A stretch of 64,000 nt of DNA. Source: Polyangiaceae bacterium (GTDB taxonomy: Bacteria > Myxococcota_A > Polyangia > Polyangiales > Polyangiaceae). Shown piece after piece: positions 26,896 through 37,943 of the stretch. The DNA is taken from the NCBI GenBank assembly GCA_965222375.1, contig CBDCTZ010000016.1, positions 3,200,001-3,264,000 of the forward strand, in the 5' to 3' direction. Both the position numbers and the translations under genes were made by a program. Position 1 is the first letter of the stretch, and every line of letters begins with the position of its first letter. The notes beneath the pieces are model-generated. The model worked only from the letters and a program-made list of their open reading frames with translations, was not told the DNA's origin and ran no database searches.

Positions 26896-28494
26896 GAAGC
26901 TCATACTCGATTCCAGCGGCGCGCTGTACGCCGCGGAGAGCGAGATCCCGAGTACGTCGCGGGTGTGGCGGGGATCGATGATGCCGTCGTCCCACAATCG
27001 CGCGCTGGCGAAGAAGGGATCGCTTTCTTGATCGATCTTCATTTCGATCATCTGCTTGGCCATGGCGAGCTGCTCCTCGTCCACTTCTTGGCCACGTTTC
27101 GCGGCGGCTTGGCGCCGAATGATCTCGAGAACGCCGGCCAACTGCTTGCCGCCCATGACCGCGATGCGGTGATTGGGCCAGGTGAACAGGAAGCGCGGAT
27201 CGTAAGAACGCCCGCACATGGCGTAGTTGCCCGCGCCAAAGCTCGCGCCGGTCATGATCGTGAAGGCTGGCACGCGGCTGTTGGACACGGCATTGATCAT
27301 CTTGGCGCCATTCTTGATGATGCCTTCTTGCTCGTACTTTTTGCCGACCATGAAGCCGGTGATGTTCTGCAAGTAGATCAGCGGCGTGTCCGCCTGGTTG
27401 CACAACTCGATGAACTGCGCTCCCTTGTTGGCACTTTCCGAGAACAAGATCCCGTTGTTGGCGAGGATGCCCACCGGGTAGCCGTGCAAGTGGGCCCAGC
27501 CGCAAATCAGGGTATTGCCGTAGAGGGGCTTGAATTCGGAGAAACGTGAGCCATCGACAATGCGCGCGATGACTTCCCGCGAGTCGAAGGGAATTCGGAT
27601 GTCGTGGCTCGCGATGCCGAGGAGTTCGTCCTGATCGTAGACGGGCTCTTCGATTGCCCGGGAGGGAGCCGGGCCCTGTTTGCTCCAACTCAAATGCGCC
27701 ACGATTTCCCGAGCGATGCGTAGCGCGTCGCGCTCGTCCTCCGCCAAATAATCGCTGACGCCGCTGATCTTGGAGTGCATCTCAGCTCCGCCGAGCTCCT
27801 CGTGGTCCGTCTCTTCGCCCGTCGCCATCTTCACCAGGGGCGGCCCCGCCAAGTAGACCTGGGCCTGGTTCTTCACCATCACCACGTAGTCGCTCATGCC
27901 GGGGATGTAGGCGCCGCCGGCGGTGCTCGAGCCGCACACGACGCAGATGGTCGGCACCTTCATCTCGCTCCGACGGGTGAGATCTCGAAAACCGCGGCCT
28001 CCAGGTACGAAGATCTTGTGCTGATTGGGCAAGTCGGCTCCGGCGCTTTCGATCACGCTGATGCCGGGTAGGCGGTTCTGTTCCGCGATTTCTGCAAGCC
28101 GTCGTGTCTTCTGCACGCCCAGCTCGGCGATGGCGCCGCCTTTTACGGTGGCTTCGCTAGCTGTGACCAGGCACTCCACGCCCGAGACGACACCGATGCC
28201 GCCGATGCTCGACGCGCCGGTGGCGTGTCCGTCGACGTCGTGACCGGCAATGGCGCATAGCTCCAGGAAGTAGCTGTCGCGATCGAGCAAGAGTTCGATG
28301 CGCTCGCGAGGTAGGAGTTTGCCGGCGTCTTGATGACGCTTGACGTACTTTTCGCCGCCGCCGGCTCGCGCCTTTTCGAGCGCTGCGCTCAGGCGCTCGA
28401 GGCTCTTGCTGTTTTCCTCGACGTTCTTCTTGAAGACGTCGTTGCGGCGGTCCACCTGGGTTTTCAGTACCGGGAACGGCTGCTGGGTCTGCAT
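26878..28494 (-). CDS. Acyl-CoA carboxylase carboxyltransferase (beta) subunit, MCC/AtuC-like
   Basis: [53 protein letters not shown]. Confidence 0.95.
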   Translation of the reverse strand: MQTQQPFPVLKTQVDRRNDVFKKNVEENSKSLERLSAALEKARAGGGEKYVKRHQDAGKLLPRERIELLLDRDSYFLELCAIAGHDVDGHATGASSIGGIGVVSGVECLVTASEATVKGGAIAELGVQKTRRLAEIAEQNRLPGISVIESAGADLPNQHKIFVPGGRGFRDLTRRSEMKVPTICVVCGSSTAGGAYIPGMSDYVVMVKNQAQVYLAGPPLVKMATGEETDHEELGGAEMHSKISGVSDYLAEDERDALRIAREIVAHLSWSKQGPAPSRAIEEPVYDQDELLGIASHDIRIPFDSREVIARIVDGSRFSEFKPLYGNTLICGWAHLHGYPVGILANNGILFSESANKGAQFIELCNQADTPLIYLQNITGFMVGKKYEQEGIIKNGAKMINAVSNSRVPAFTIMTGASFGAGNYAMCGRSYDPRFLFTWPNHRIAVMGGKQLAGVLEIIRRQAAAKRGQEVDEEQLAMAKQMIEMKIDQESDPFFASARLWDDGIIDPRHTRDVLGISLSAAYSAPLESSMSFGVFRH

Positions 28495-28506
28495 GCTGGG
28501 CGCAGG

Positions 28507-29616
28507 CTACATTTTTGTGCGCGGTGAGCCAACGGCTCGTGTCATCGCCATGTAACGTTCCGGCTCCGCCAGGGGCTCGAAACCCATCCGTGCGTAGAGG
28601 GAATGGGCGTCCAAGGTGCTCAACATGACTCGCCGCACGTTCTGTAGCTCGTCCAGATCGAGAAGCAGCTGGATCAATCCCCGAGCGGTACCCCGGTGGC
28701 CGTGCTCCGGCAGGACAAAAACGTCCGCAAGCCACGCGAAAGTCGCGCGATCCGTCACCACCCGGGCGAAGCCGACTTGCTGTCCATCTAGATACGCGCC
28801 GGCCACGATCGAGCCTGCGATGGCCCGCTCGACGCGCGCCTTGTCGATGCCTTTCGCCCAGTAGCTCTGCTCCGACAGGTAGCGATGCACGAGAGCCACG
28901 TCCACCCGGGAAGCATCCGTACTGAGCAGGTAGCCTTCGTGTTCGGTTTCGACGATCACGACGCCATGAGCACGCAACTTGGCAGCCACAGCCGGATGCA
29001 CGCGTTCACCGGCACCGGCATTGGGAGCGCGTACTAGAGCTGTGGGTACTTCAGCCAGAGAGATCTCGCCCGCCCAACTGCCGCGGCTCACGTCCGCGAC
29101 GGCGTCCTGAGGCGGTCCGGTGCGGATCTTGGCGGACGCCTCCGTCAAGGAGATAGCGACGACACTCGTGGCGCGCAGCTCGCCGTCGCTGGGTGCCCGA
29201 AGATCCTCGGCTCCCAAGGTGAGTTTTTCCACCATGGCGTCGAGGGCTGCGCTCTTCTCCGCGGCGTCTTGCACCAGTCGCCCTTTGCCAAAGACGACGA
29301 CGGAACGGTAGTTCATCGAGCAGCGAAATGCCGAGCGGGCGATGACGATTCCGTCGGTGAGTGCCACACAGAAACTGACCGGAGCGCCGACCAGGGCCTG
29401 CATGAAGCGCCCGGCTGCCGCACCATGAACGTAGACCTCGCCGCCGATTCGCGCGAACGCGACTGGCAAGACGGTAGGTCCTTCGTCGTCGCTGAAGGCC
29501 AGGCAGGCGACTAGGGCTTGATCCAAGATCCCGTTCAGCGTGGCGGCGTCGAAATGACCTCGCTCGGCGTGTCGGACCAGTCGGGTGCGCTGAGAAGGGG
29601 ATGCGGGTGAGCCCAT
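28507..29616 (-). CDS. Pyridoxamine 5'-phosphate oxidase-like (flavin-binding) and GNAT acetyltransferase fusion
   Basis: ARSAFRCSMNYRSVVVFG and ASAKIRTGPP, then SYWAKG, GFARVVTD, WLADVFV, LYARMGF. Confidence 0.9.
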   Translation of the reverse strand: MGSPASPSQRTRLVRHAERGHFDAATLNGILDQALVACLAFSDDEGPTVLPVAFARIGGEVYVHGAAAGRFMQALVGAPVSFCVALTDGIVIARSAFRCSMNYRSVVVFGKGRLVQDAAEKSAALDAMVEKLTLGAEDLRAPSDGELRATSVVAISLTEASAKIRTGPPQDAVADVSRGSWAGEISLAEVPTALVRAPNAGAGERVHPAVAAKLRAHGVVIVETEHEGYLLSTDASRVDVALVHRYLSEQSYWAKGIDKARVERAIAGSIVAGAYLDGQQVGFARVVTDRATFAWLADVFVLPEHGHRGTARGLIQLLLDLDELQNVRRVMLSTLDAHSLYARMGFEPLAEPERYMAMTRAVGSPRTKM

Positions 29617-29630
29617 GCCCCGATCCTGCA

Positions 29631-29685
29631 GCCAGTCTGGTATATCAAAAAGAGCCAGAATGAAAATATCTACTAGACCAGTTGG
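29631..29685. promoter_or_regulatory. Divergent promoter with candidate MocR-family operator (CTGG/CCAG half-sites)
   Basis: AT-rich patch with CTGG at 29637 and CCAG at 29655 and 29678, between a MocR gene and its divergent neighbour. Confidence 0.45.
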
Positions 29686-31189
29686 CGCGACGGATGCCGA
29701 GCTGCCGATCGCTCTGGCCAACGCGCCCGGCCAACCGCGCTTTGTCGGGATCGCGCGAGCCGTGACCGAAGAGATCCGGCGTGGGCGCCTCGCGCCCGGC
29801 GCGCGCTTGCCGGGCTCACGCTCATTGGCGCGCCAGTTCGGTGTGAATCGCAACACGGTGCTCGCAGCCCTGTCCGAGCTCGCTGAAGAAGGTTGGATCA
29901 CGACGGAGCCCGCGAGCGGCACCTTCGTGTCCAGAGATCTGCCCCAACAAAAGCCGCGGGCGTTCTCTCGGTCCAAGCGCGACGCGAGCAAGCTCGGTTT
30001 CGCGCTGCGGGGCGACGTGCCGAAGCTACCCGCGCCGGGCTTCGACGGTGCGAAGCCCGGCGGCCTGAACATGGGCGGAGGAGTCCCGGATTTGCGTCTC
30101 GTGCCCAGCGCCGCTCTGGCGCGGGCATATCGCGCGGCTCTGCGCCGGGGCCAAGGCGCGCTGGACTACGGCGACCCACGAGGTGACGCGCGCTTGCGCA
30201 GCATCCTCGCAGAGCACCTAGCCAAGGCGCGCGGCATCGCCCTCACCGACGACGATCTGCTCATCACTCGCGGCAGTCAAATGGCCGTGGACCTCGCGGC
30301 TCGCAGCCTATTCGCTCCCGGAGATGTGATCGCCGTGGAGTCCCTGGGCTACCGACCCGCTTGGCAAGCCCTCGAGGCCGGCGGCGCCAAGCTCAGGCCC
30401 GTGCCCGTCGACGCTCGGGGGCTCGACCTAGGCGCCCTCGAAAAGCTGTGCCGAGCCGAGTCTCGCCTGCGCGGCGTGTACCTCACGCCGCATCATCAAT
30501 ACCCCACGACGGTCACGCTCTCTGCGCCACGCCGCCTGCAGCTGCTCGCCCTAGCCCGCCGCCACGGTTTCGCGATTCTCGAAGACGACTACGACTACGA
30601 GTTCCACTACGAAGGCCGCCCGATCTTGCCCCTGGCAAGCGCCGATGACGCCGGGGTCGTGGTGTACTTCGGCACCCTGAGCAAGATCCTGGCTCCGGGT
30701 TTACGCGTCGGCTACGTTGCCGCGCCGCAGCCGGTGCTGCACGCCATGACGGTAGCCCGCTACTACGTGGACCGCCAGGGAGACCCAGCTCTCGAACGCG
30801 CCGTGGCGGAACTATTCGAAGAAGGCGAAGTCATGCGCCACGCGCGCCGCATGCAGCGGCTCTACCGCGCTCGGCGCGACGCGATGATCGAGCAGCTGCA
30901 GCATCAGTTCGCAGACATACTGAGCTTTCGCGTTCCAGCGGGAGGCATGGCGCTGTGGGTCAAAGTCGCCCCGGACATCGACGTCGACGCCTGGTGTGCC
31001 GCCGCTCATCGTCGCGGCGTCACGATCTACTCCGAGCGGCGCTACGCCTTCCGTCCCGCGACGCCGCGCTACGTGCGCTTGGGCTATGCGACCGCCAACG
31101 ACGAAGAGCGCGCCCACGCCCTCGAGGTGCTGCGCGCAAGCTTGGTGAGGCGCAAGGCGCGGGGGCGAACGGTCAAGAGACCTAAGTAA
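29660..31189 (+). CDS. GntR/MocR family PLP-dependent transcriptional regulator
   Basis: wHTH LPGSRSLA..GVNRNTV; TPHHQYPT, EDDYD, GTLSKILAPGLRVGY. Confidence 0.95.
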   Translation: MKISTRPVGATDAELPIALANAPGQPRFVGIARAVTEEIRRGRLAPGARLPGSRSLARQFGVNRNTVLAALSELAEEGWITTEPASGTFVSRDLPQQKPRAFSRSKRDASKLGFALRGDVPKLPAPGFDGAKPGGLNMGGGVPDLRLVPSAALARAYRAALRRGQGALDYGDPRGDARLRSILAEHLAKARGIALTDDDLLITRGSQMAVDLAARSLFAPGDVIAVESLGYRPAWQALEAGGAKLRPVPVDARGLDLGALEKLCRAESRLRGVYLTPHHQYPTTVTLSAPRRLQLLALARRHGFAILEDDYDYEFHYEGRPILPLASADDAGVVVYFGTLSKILAPGLRVGYVAAPQPVLHAMTVARYYVDRQGDPALERAVAELFEEGEVMRHARRMQRLYRARRDAMIEQLQHQFADILSFRVPAGGMALWVKVAPDIDVDAWCAAAHRRGVTIYSERRYAFRPATPRYVRLGYATANDEERAHALEVLRASLVRRKARGRTVKRPK

Positions 31190-31192
31190 GTA

Positions 31193-31380
31193 GGTTGGTT
31201 TGGGGTCGAGCATTAGGTCGGACGAGGCCACTACTCCCGCGCCAGGCCACGGGGTTCGAGGGGACGAAGGAGACCCCGTTTAGAGCGACGGGTCGACGAG
31301 TTGGTCCAGGGCGGCTCTCGCTTCGGCCTGGCGCTGCGGTTGAAACTCGCTCCGGGGCATTCCCTTGCGATCCCAAGACC
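31193..31380. mobile_element. MITE-like element, degenerate copy
   Basis: Left end GGTTGGTTTGGGGTCG is identical to 62866-62881; degenerate inverted end gcgatcccaagacc at 31367-31380. Confidence 0.5.
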
Positions 31381-31400
31381 GTGAGTGAACACTGGAGTGC

Positions 31401-32558
31401 ATGGAGTTTCGTGTCCCCACCTGGCCGACGCTGCTACTCGTCGGGTTGATCGCAGGCTGTAGTGACGGCGGAGGGGACAGCTCTGGCGGCACGGCGGGCA
31501 GCGCAGGAGGGGGCGGGGCGAGCTCCGGCGGTCGTGCAGGTGCCGGAACTGGCGCGGCGGGTGGCGGTGGGCTGGCGGGCTCCGGCGCGGGCGGCATGAC
31601 GAGTGGCGGCGGTGCGGGAGCCGCGGGTTCCGGCGCAGCAGCCAGCGGCGGAGCGCCCGGTGGGGGCGGAAGCAGTAGTGGCGGCAGTGCCGGTAGCGGC
31701 GGGGGATGCCCCAGCAACCCGCCGTCCGGACCGTTTCCCCGGAGCTTCGATGTCGCGGCTCTGAACTGCAACCCCACCGGCGCGTGCACCGGCAACGAAG
31801 ACAAGTGCTTTTGTAGCCAGGACTTCGACGCGTTGAACGTCTCGCCCACCCACTTCATGGCCATGGGCAGTGACAAGCACAAGTCCAAGATCTGGAGCGC
31901 AGGAAACGGCCAAGCCGCTTACGTCGACGATCTGAACACGAATTGGACCGCCGGCGGCGCCAACCGCGCGAACGACGTCATGGCTTCGGCAAAGAAGCTG
32001 TTCCCCTGCGGGGTGCCGAAGTGGTTCATTGTAAACGAGGTTTCCCCCGCTCTGTGGCCTGGCAACGCGACCTATCGAGACTTCGTGGTCGAGTTTGCCA
32101 AGACGCTTTCCGGCACCCACGGACGCACCGTTGTGGTCACCGCACCCTTCGATAACCCTGGCAAGAACGGGGCCTGGTGGAGTGCGCTGGCGCAACACGC
32201 CTTCGTCGGTGCGCAGGTGTACCTCTCCGGCAAAGAAGTCAACGCCAAGGGCAATTCCGTCGCGTGGTGTCAATCCCAGTACCAAGCCAGCATCAACGCC
32301 TACGCCAACCGCGGCGTAGCCAAGAACCGTCTGTTCCTCTTCGAACACTTCGGCAACACCCTGCCCAGCGTCGGCTGGGGGCGGGCAGGGGTTTCCAGCG
32401 CTGGCTGGCACAACGCGATCAAGGCCCGCGCCCAGGCCCTGAAGAATCTGAAGCTGACCGGCTTCGTCAGCTACGGCTGGGGCGGCAACGACATGCACGC
32501 TCCTCAAGCAGATCGCCTCGCGTTCATGCAGACCTATCTGCAGCAACGCCTGCCTTGA
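31401..32558 (+). CDS. Gly-rich-linker lipoprotein with a globular, possibly glycoside-hydrolase-like domain
   Basis: IAGC lipobox; WFIVNE motif; alternating alpha/beta pattern. Confidence 0.75.
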   Translation: MEFRVPTWPTLLLVGLIAGCSDGGGDSSGGTAGSAGGGGASSGGRAGAGTGAAGGGGLAGSGAGGMTSGGGAGAAGSGAAASGGAPGGGGSSSGGSAGSGGGCPSNPPSGPFPRSFDVAALNCNPTGACTGNEDKCFCSQDFDALNVSPTHFMAMGSDKHKSKIWSAGNGQAAYVDDLNTNWTAGGANRANDVMASAKKLFPCGVPKWFIVNEVSPALWPGNATYRDFVVEFAKTLSGTHGRTVVVTAPFDNPGKNGAWWSALAQHAFVGAQVYLSGKEVNAKGNSVAWCQSQYQASINAYANRGVAKNRLFLFEHFGNTLPSVGWGRAGVSSAGWHNAIKARAQALKNLKLTGFVSYGWGGNDMHAPQADRLAFMQTYLQQRLP

Positions 32559-32682
32559 GCACCACCGCCAGCAGCCCGCCGCCCTGCTCAGTTCGGGCCA
32601 ACGCTGCAGCTCACGTGCCCGAAATGCACGTTGGCACCGAGTCCGCCTCGCGCATCGCTCCAGACGAGTCCGTAGGCCTGCC

Positions 32683-32709
32683 CCGCTATACGCCTGCGGC
32701 GTATAGCGG
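32683..32709 (+). terminator. Perfect 12-bp stem hairpin, possible terminator
   Basis: ccgctatacgcc-tgc-ggcgtatagcgg followed by a weak T tract. Confidence 0.45.
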
Positions 32710-33095
32710 TTGTACTGCTTTTGCATCGCTCACTTGCAGCGCCGCTTGTGGGGCACCCGACGCCGTGATGCGAGAAAAGTACAACGCACGATGCCGGCCC
32801 GGTCCACGCCGTGGACAAGGCGTCATAGCTGGGCGGCGGCTTTTGAGCATTAGATAGAATCGGACATTCCTGGTGTGTACTGGCGGCGCCACGCACAGCA
32901 TTGGTGCCGGCCTCGTTTGGCGTGCAAGTGTCGACTTCATAATCCGTTCTGCCATCGCGCACCGGGGCGTTTCAAACCACGCGCGTTCGGCTGCTGGGGC
33001 GTCGCGGACCTGGCGCGGGAGTGGTGGCGAGCGCCAGCTCCGCCACAGGGTTGCAGGTGCCGGTTGACGGGTGGTCCGTCCTGAGCGTGCTACGT

Positions 33096-33746
33096 ATGGG
33101 CCTTTCTCGAGCTCGACCGATGCGACTTGCCGTACCACTGTGTGCCTTGGCTTTGGTGTTGCTTCCGTCGAGGACGACGTTGGCTGAGTCCGAGCTCGAT
33201 GTCAGCTCCGCTGAGGCCGCCTCCGGCTCGGGTCATGCGGCGGGCGACGCCTGGCCACGATTGAGATTCGGAGGGGGGCTCTTCGTCGGCGCGTTGGTGC
33301 CCTTGGAAGCAGGAGACCGGCCGGGACCCGGCGCGGGTGTGGGTGGGCGGATCGGTGCCATGTTCAGTCGCGACCTTGGCGCTCACTACGAGCTAAGCGG
33401 GCTGGACAACGTGATTTGGCGTGGGGGCAGGAGCAATGCGCTGCTGTCGCTCAACAACAGTGTTCTCGGAAACGTCGTGTTCTTCGACCGGCTAGAGCTG
33501 AGCGTTGGAGCTTCCTTGGCGTGGACACACGTGGCGTTCCGTGAAGAAAAGCCCCGCCAATTTCTCGAGGTATACGAGGGCATTTGGTTCGGTCCCACTG
33601 CACGAGTCGCGCTGCACTTTGCCGACACTGGAGGCGCGCTGAACGCCACCGAGCTTCCCTTTCGTGGTTCAGCCTTCTTTCAGGTAACCCACTTCATTCA
33701 AACCGCTGTCATGTACTCGGCGGGTGTGGGATTGGAGACTTGGTAA
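33096..33746 (+). CDS. Hypothetical secreted or outer-membrane beta-strand protein
   Basis: Signal peptide, amphipathic strands, terminal Trp. Confidence 0.65.
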   Translation: MGLSRARPMRLAVPLCALALVLLPSRTTLAESELDVSSAEAASGSGHAAGDAWPRLRFGGGLFVGALVPLEAGDRPGPGAGVGGRIGAMFSRDLGAHYELSGLDNVIWRGGRSNALLSLNNSVLGNVVFFDRLELSVGASLAWTHVAFREEKPRQFLEVYEGIWFGPTARVALHFADTGGALNATELPFRGSAFFQVTHFIQTAVMYSAGVGLETW

Positions 33747-33838
33747 AGATTCTTCGTCCGGACCGGCCGCCTGTTTTGTCCCCGGCGGCCCACCTCAGCG
33801 TGTACGATGCTCTGATGGCGCAATTCGCTGAGCCCTTG

Positions 33839-34183
33839 ATGAAGGCAGTGCTCTTCTGCATCTCTCTATCGGCCTGCTCGGGAGCGGGCGGCAAGGTCGT
33901 CCATGGGAGCGAAGTGGAGCCCGCCGTCGGGAGGCGCGTCCGGGTCGTTGGCACGGCAGCCAATGCCAAACTATCCGCCATCGTCTTGGTAGACGAGCGG
34001 CCCATCTACCTCCTCGGCAGAGCGCATTGGAGCGAGGAAGAACTGGGCGACACGGTGGAATTCGACTGCGTTTTGAAGAAAACCGAGCACCACAAGATGC
34101 GAACCGTAGACGGTGTCCCTCTTCAGGGGACGGACGGCGCGATCGTGTTCTGCGAGCCACCGGGCGGCTCCGCGTCCCAATGA
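33839..34183 (+). CDS. Small hypothetical lipoprotein
   Basis: MKAVLFCISLSAC lipobox; VGRRVRVVGTAANAK. Confidence 0.65.
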   Translation: MKAVLFCISLSACSGAGGKVVHGSEVEPAVGRRVRVVGTAANAKLSAIVLVDERPIYLLGRAHWSEEELGDTVEFDCVLKKTEHHKMRTVDGVPLQGTDGAIVFCEPPGGSASQ

Positions 34184-34350
34184 TGTTGGCACACCGCCCG
34201 GAGTCGGCAGCTGCCGTCGAGGGAGGCCCACTCGGTTCGAGGGCGTCGTGGGGCCTCGCTCGGGAGTAGCGGCCTGGCGAGAGGTAGGGATGCGACCCCA
34301 CAACAAAACGACCACCATCTCGTAACCGAGTGTGTTTACCTACGGACGTC

Positions 34351-36075
34351 ATGCGGTGGCTGCCTGTCGCGTTGGTTCTGGCATCGTGCCACGCTGCTTC
34401 AGTTACACCTACACCTGCGCCCACACCTACACCGGCGCCGACCCGTCCCAACGTGCTCAAAGACGTGGAGGCGGCGCCGCAAGAGCCGATTAGTCGCGAG
34501 TTGCTCATCGCCGATATCGAGCAGCTGGCGGCGGTGTTGGGGAGTGCGCACCCTGATCCCTTCACACGGATCGGTGGTCGAATCGCATATTACAGAGTGG
34601 TGCGTGAAGCCATTGAGCGCGTGCCTGCCGCCGGCATGACGCGAAAGGCGTTCTTCAAGCTCATCCGGCCCATCGCTGCTGCGGTGCGAGATGGGCACAC
34701 GTTCATCCGTGATGAATGGCGCGATGGAGATGACAATCGGGTTTGGCTCGAACTCGAGCCGATCGACGATCACTTGGTGGTCACCCGCGTGTTCGATAGG
34801 CGACACGAGAAGGCGCTTGGTCACGTGCTCGTTTCGGTAGATGGTGTCGCTTTTGACGAGCTAACCCGACGGATGGCGGAACGTCGTGGCTACGATAATC
34901 GGTTCGGCAATCTCAAGCATCTGGCCCGCGCCTTGTCGCGCACGATGACGACTAGGGACCTGATGGAGAAGGACCGGATCCCAGGGTCATTGGTGTTCAA
35001 GGTCTCATCTCCCAAAGGCAAAGAGACCAGCCTCGACGTCGCGACGGGCGCAATTGCGCCCGGGCCGCCTATCCTGCCGCCTTCCAAGCTGAAGCTTCCT
35101 CAACCAAACGCAGCCGACATGGCATGGGGATACGTAGGTAAGAACAAGCGTGTCGCCTATTTGCGTCTCGACTCCATGAGGCGCTATCGCGAAGCATTCG
35201 AGCGGTGGAGGAGTGCGGGTTACGAACGCGGTTTGGGAAAACATCTCGACCTTGTGGCTGCCGCCGCGTCGCCGGGGCACAAGGCCAGAACAGTAGCGGA
35301 TAAAATCGCGCTCGTGCCGTCAGCCACCGAGATGCTGACCGAGATGACCGAAGCAATGAATGCCGCCGGCTCTCAAGAATTGGTCCTCGACTTGCGGCGT
35401 AATGAGGGTGGCAACTCCTTCATGGACCTCATCGTACAGTATTTTCTTTATCCTCTCGACGCGATCATCAGAGCGGAGCGCGGGTATCAAGTTCCCCGTT
35501 ATTCGAAACTGTACTTCGACAACTACAAGAACGCCGACGCGTCGACGCGTTCGATGCTCGGTCGATATGACTACCAATCCGAGATGAAGTGGCGCCGCGA
35601 ACGCAGCCGGAAAATCGATTCCGTCGAGTACGACCGCCGCCTCAAGGTGCTCGGTGAATTGGCGGAAAAGGCGCCGACCTTCGCCCGCGCCTTTTCCTCG
35701 CGACAACTCAATGCGAGCTGGACGGGTAGCGTGTTCGTTGTCATGTCAGCATTCACGTACAGCGCCGGATTCGACTTGGCGGTCGCGCTGATGCGCCACG
35801 GCGCCACCTTGGTCGGCACTCCCTCATCACAGGCAGGCAACTGCTTCATCGATACCCTCGGATTTCAGCTCAAGAACTCTCGTTTGACCGTGAACGTTTC
35901 TTACAAACTGAGCCTATTGTTCCCGGACAATGCCGAGATGGGCCGAGTGCTGCCGCCGAAGCGCCTGCTCTCCTACGCCCGGTTTGCCGAGTTCAAGTTC
36001 GATCCGAACGCCAGCATCATGCTGGCGCTGGGCAAGCCGGGCGCTCGTGCAGCGGATCTGCCTGGGCTTCGTTGA
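34351..36075 (+). CDS. S41 family peptidase, lipoprotein
   Basis: LASC lipobox; DGHT; LVLDLRRNEGG; TYSAG; LVGTPS. Confidence 0.9.
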   Translation: MRWLPVALVLASCHAASVTPTPAPTPTPAPTRPNVLKDVEAAPQEPISRELLIADIEQLAAVLGSAHPDPFTRIGGRIAYYRVVREAIERVPAAGMTRKAFFKLIRPIAAAVRDGHTFIRDEWRDGDDNRVWLELEPIDDHLVVTRVFDRRHEKALGHVLVSVDGVAFDELTRRMAERRGYDNRFGNLKHLARALSRTMTTRDLMEKDRIPGSLVFKVSSPKGKETSLDVATGAIAPGPPILPPSKLKLPQPNAADMAWGYVGKNKRVAYLRLDSMRRYREAFERWRSAGYERGLGKHLDLVAAAASPGHKARTVADKIALVPSATEMLTEMTEAMNAAGSQELVLDLRRNEGGNSFMDLIVQYFLYPLDAIIRAERGYQVPRYSKLYFDNYKNADASTRSMLGRYDYQSEMKWRRERSRKIDSVEYDRRLKVLGELAEKAPTFARAFSSRQLNASWTGSVFVVMSAFTYSAGFDLAVALMRHGATLVGTPSSQAGNCFIDTLGFQLKNSRLTVNVSYKLSLLFPDNAEMGRVLPPKRLLSYARFAEFKFDPNASIMLALGKPGARAADLPGLR

Positions 36076-36126
36076 CACCTACTTATCCAGTGTCGGTTTC
36101 CGCGACGGGGTTTCGCGCTCTCCGAA

Positions 36127-36729
36127 TCAAAAAGTAAGCCCGCCGGATAGTCGGGGCACGAGTAGCCAGAAGCGGCCGTAGCTGCGTTCTTCGGCGGCGG
36201 TGTTCTGGCGTTTCAGGCAGGTGACAGGCACCGCGGGATCGCAGGGTGGTACTCCGGTTTCGCTGTGGTCGTGGTCGGGGCCGCTGGTGATGAAGATGGG
36301 CACTGCGATGTCGAAGCCGATGTGCCTGGGCTTCGTTGCGCCAGCGCACACCCGCGCTTGGCATCACGAAGGGCGCGATCCCGGTTTGGCTCGTGCCGGA
36401 GCCCTCGACGAAGGCATCCGTCGTCGTGCCCGACGCGGTGGCGTTTCCAGAGATACGATCCCGTGCGGAAAAAAGCGCGGCGCTGGCAGGTGACCATCCA
36501 CGTCCCAGCTCTTCGACAGCTCGTGGCGATAGCCGGCGCCCAGGGTGACGAAGGGGCCGCGCCCGCGGACCGCGTCCGCATAGTTGTAGTCCACGTTAGT
36601 CTGGGTCGCTCCGCTGCCCGAGGTTTCGCTGGCACTGTGAGTGACGCCCTTCGCGAGCCAGAGGTAGCCGGCGCTGGCTTCGACAGCGAGGCGGAATGGA
36701 AACTCGTAGCCCACCAGGCCGTCTGCCAT
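36127..36729 (-). pseudogene. Broken remnant of an outer-membrane-type protein gene
   Basis: Two protein-like pieces in different frames (VGYEFPFRLAVEASAGYLWL...LGAGYRH and IGFDIAVPIF...ERSYGRFWLLVP); no 5' part. Confidence 0.5.
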
Positions 36730-36865
36730 CAGGCCACCGGCCAGGCCGTTTTCGGAGCGGTCTCCGTCGTCGAGCTCGTGATCTGCTCCGGCCGATTCGA
36801 ATCAGCTGTGCGCCCAAGCCGCGGCGCTGAATATGCGATCCGATGCTCGCAACGGAGGTGCCACG

Positions 36866-37900
36866 ATGAGCCGCTTCCGCAATCTGGTTCGCTTTGGCGC
36901 CGCTTTTCTGGTTTCAACGGCCGCGTCGGAGGCGTGGGGCCAGCAGCCAGCTGGCCGAGTGTTGTTGTCTTTGGACTACGAAGCCCCGGCAAAATGTCCG
37001 TCCCGCCTCGAAATTGCAGAGCGGATTTCCCAGCGCAGCGACCGAGTGTCGGTCACGGACGGCGTAGGCGACTTCCACGTGCGTGTCAGGATTACCGGAA
37101 CCGCCGGTAAGGCAATCGCCCACTTGGAGCTCACTCGAGGTTCAGACACGAAAGTGCGCTCAACACCGGTGTCCGCTTGCGAGGATGCAATGGACGCGAT
37201 TGCGCTCATCATCGTGCTGGCCGTTGATCCGCGAGCATCGCTCACCCCCCGGCCACCTCAGCCCGCGACCGGGAAGAGCCGGGGAGCCCGGGTCGCGCGA
37301 GCGTCCAGACACGCCGGTGCGAAACCCCAGCAGGTGCCCCTGGCTGTGGACCGCGGTAGGCGACCGTCCCCACCGCTCGTCGGCGAGGAGATGGGGATTG
37401 CACCCGAAATTTCGATACTCGGAGGCGTGGGGCCACGCCCGCTCGTGGCCGGTGGGCTGGCTGGGCGCTGGACCTTGGAAGCGGCCTCCGGCCTCAATCC
37501 GACCCTGCACGTTGCGGCGCTGCGCAGCCTATCCCAAGACGTTGCCACACCTGCCGGCACGGCGAACCTTCGCTGGACGGGTGTGGCGGGCCATATTTGT
37601 CCGGCCCGACTGCATTGGGAGAGTCTTGCGGCGCTCTTATGCGCTACCGCTGACGTGGGGGTCGTGGAGGCTGTCGGGCGCGACACACCGAACCCAGAGG
37701 GGGTATCCAGGTGGTGGTTCGCGCCCGGGGTGGGTCTTGGATTCGAGTGGCGCCCATCGCCGGGCGTGCTGGCTCACAGCGGCATCCGGGCCAGCGTTCC
37801 GGTCCTTCGTGACCGCTATTTCCTGCGGCCGGATGAGACGGTGCATCGACCGCCGGTCGCCACAGCAGCCGCCAATCTGGGCGTCGGCGCCAGATTCTAG
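36866..37900 (+). CDS. Secreted or outer-membrane protein associated with an ECF sigma operon
   Basis: Signal peptide; APAKCPS; CEDAMDAIALII; beta-strand C-terminus ending in Phe. Confidence 0.75.
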   Translation: MSRFRNLVRFGAAFLVSTAASEAWGQQPAGRVLLSLDYEAPAKCPSRLEIAERISQRSDRVSVTDGVGDFHVRVRITGTAGKAIAHLELTRGSDTKVRSTPVSACEDAMDAIALIIVLAVDPRASLTPRPPQPATGKSRGARVARASRHAGAKPQQVPLAVDRGRRPSPPLVGEEMGIAPEISILGGVGPRPLVAGGLAGRWTLEAASGLNPTLHVAALRSLSQDVATPAGTANLRWTGVAGHICPARLHWESLAALLCATADVGVVEAVGRDTPNPEGVSRWWFAPGVGLGFEWRPSPGVLAHSGIRASVPVLRDRYFLRPDETVHRPPVATAAANLGVGARF

Positions 37901-37943
37901 TGATCGAAGAAGGCGACCCCAGCGATTAAGCGGCGTGCGGACA

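Noticed and set aside
32588..33084. ORFs in the gap after the 31401 gene
   Set aside because: No motif or convincing coding signal.
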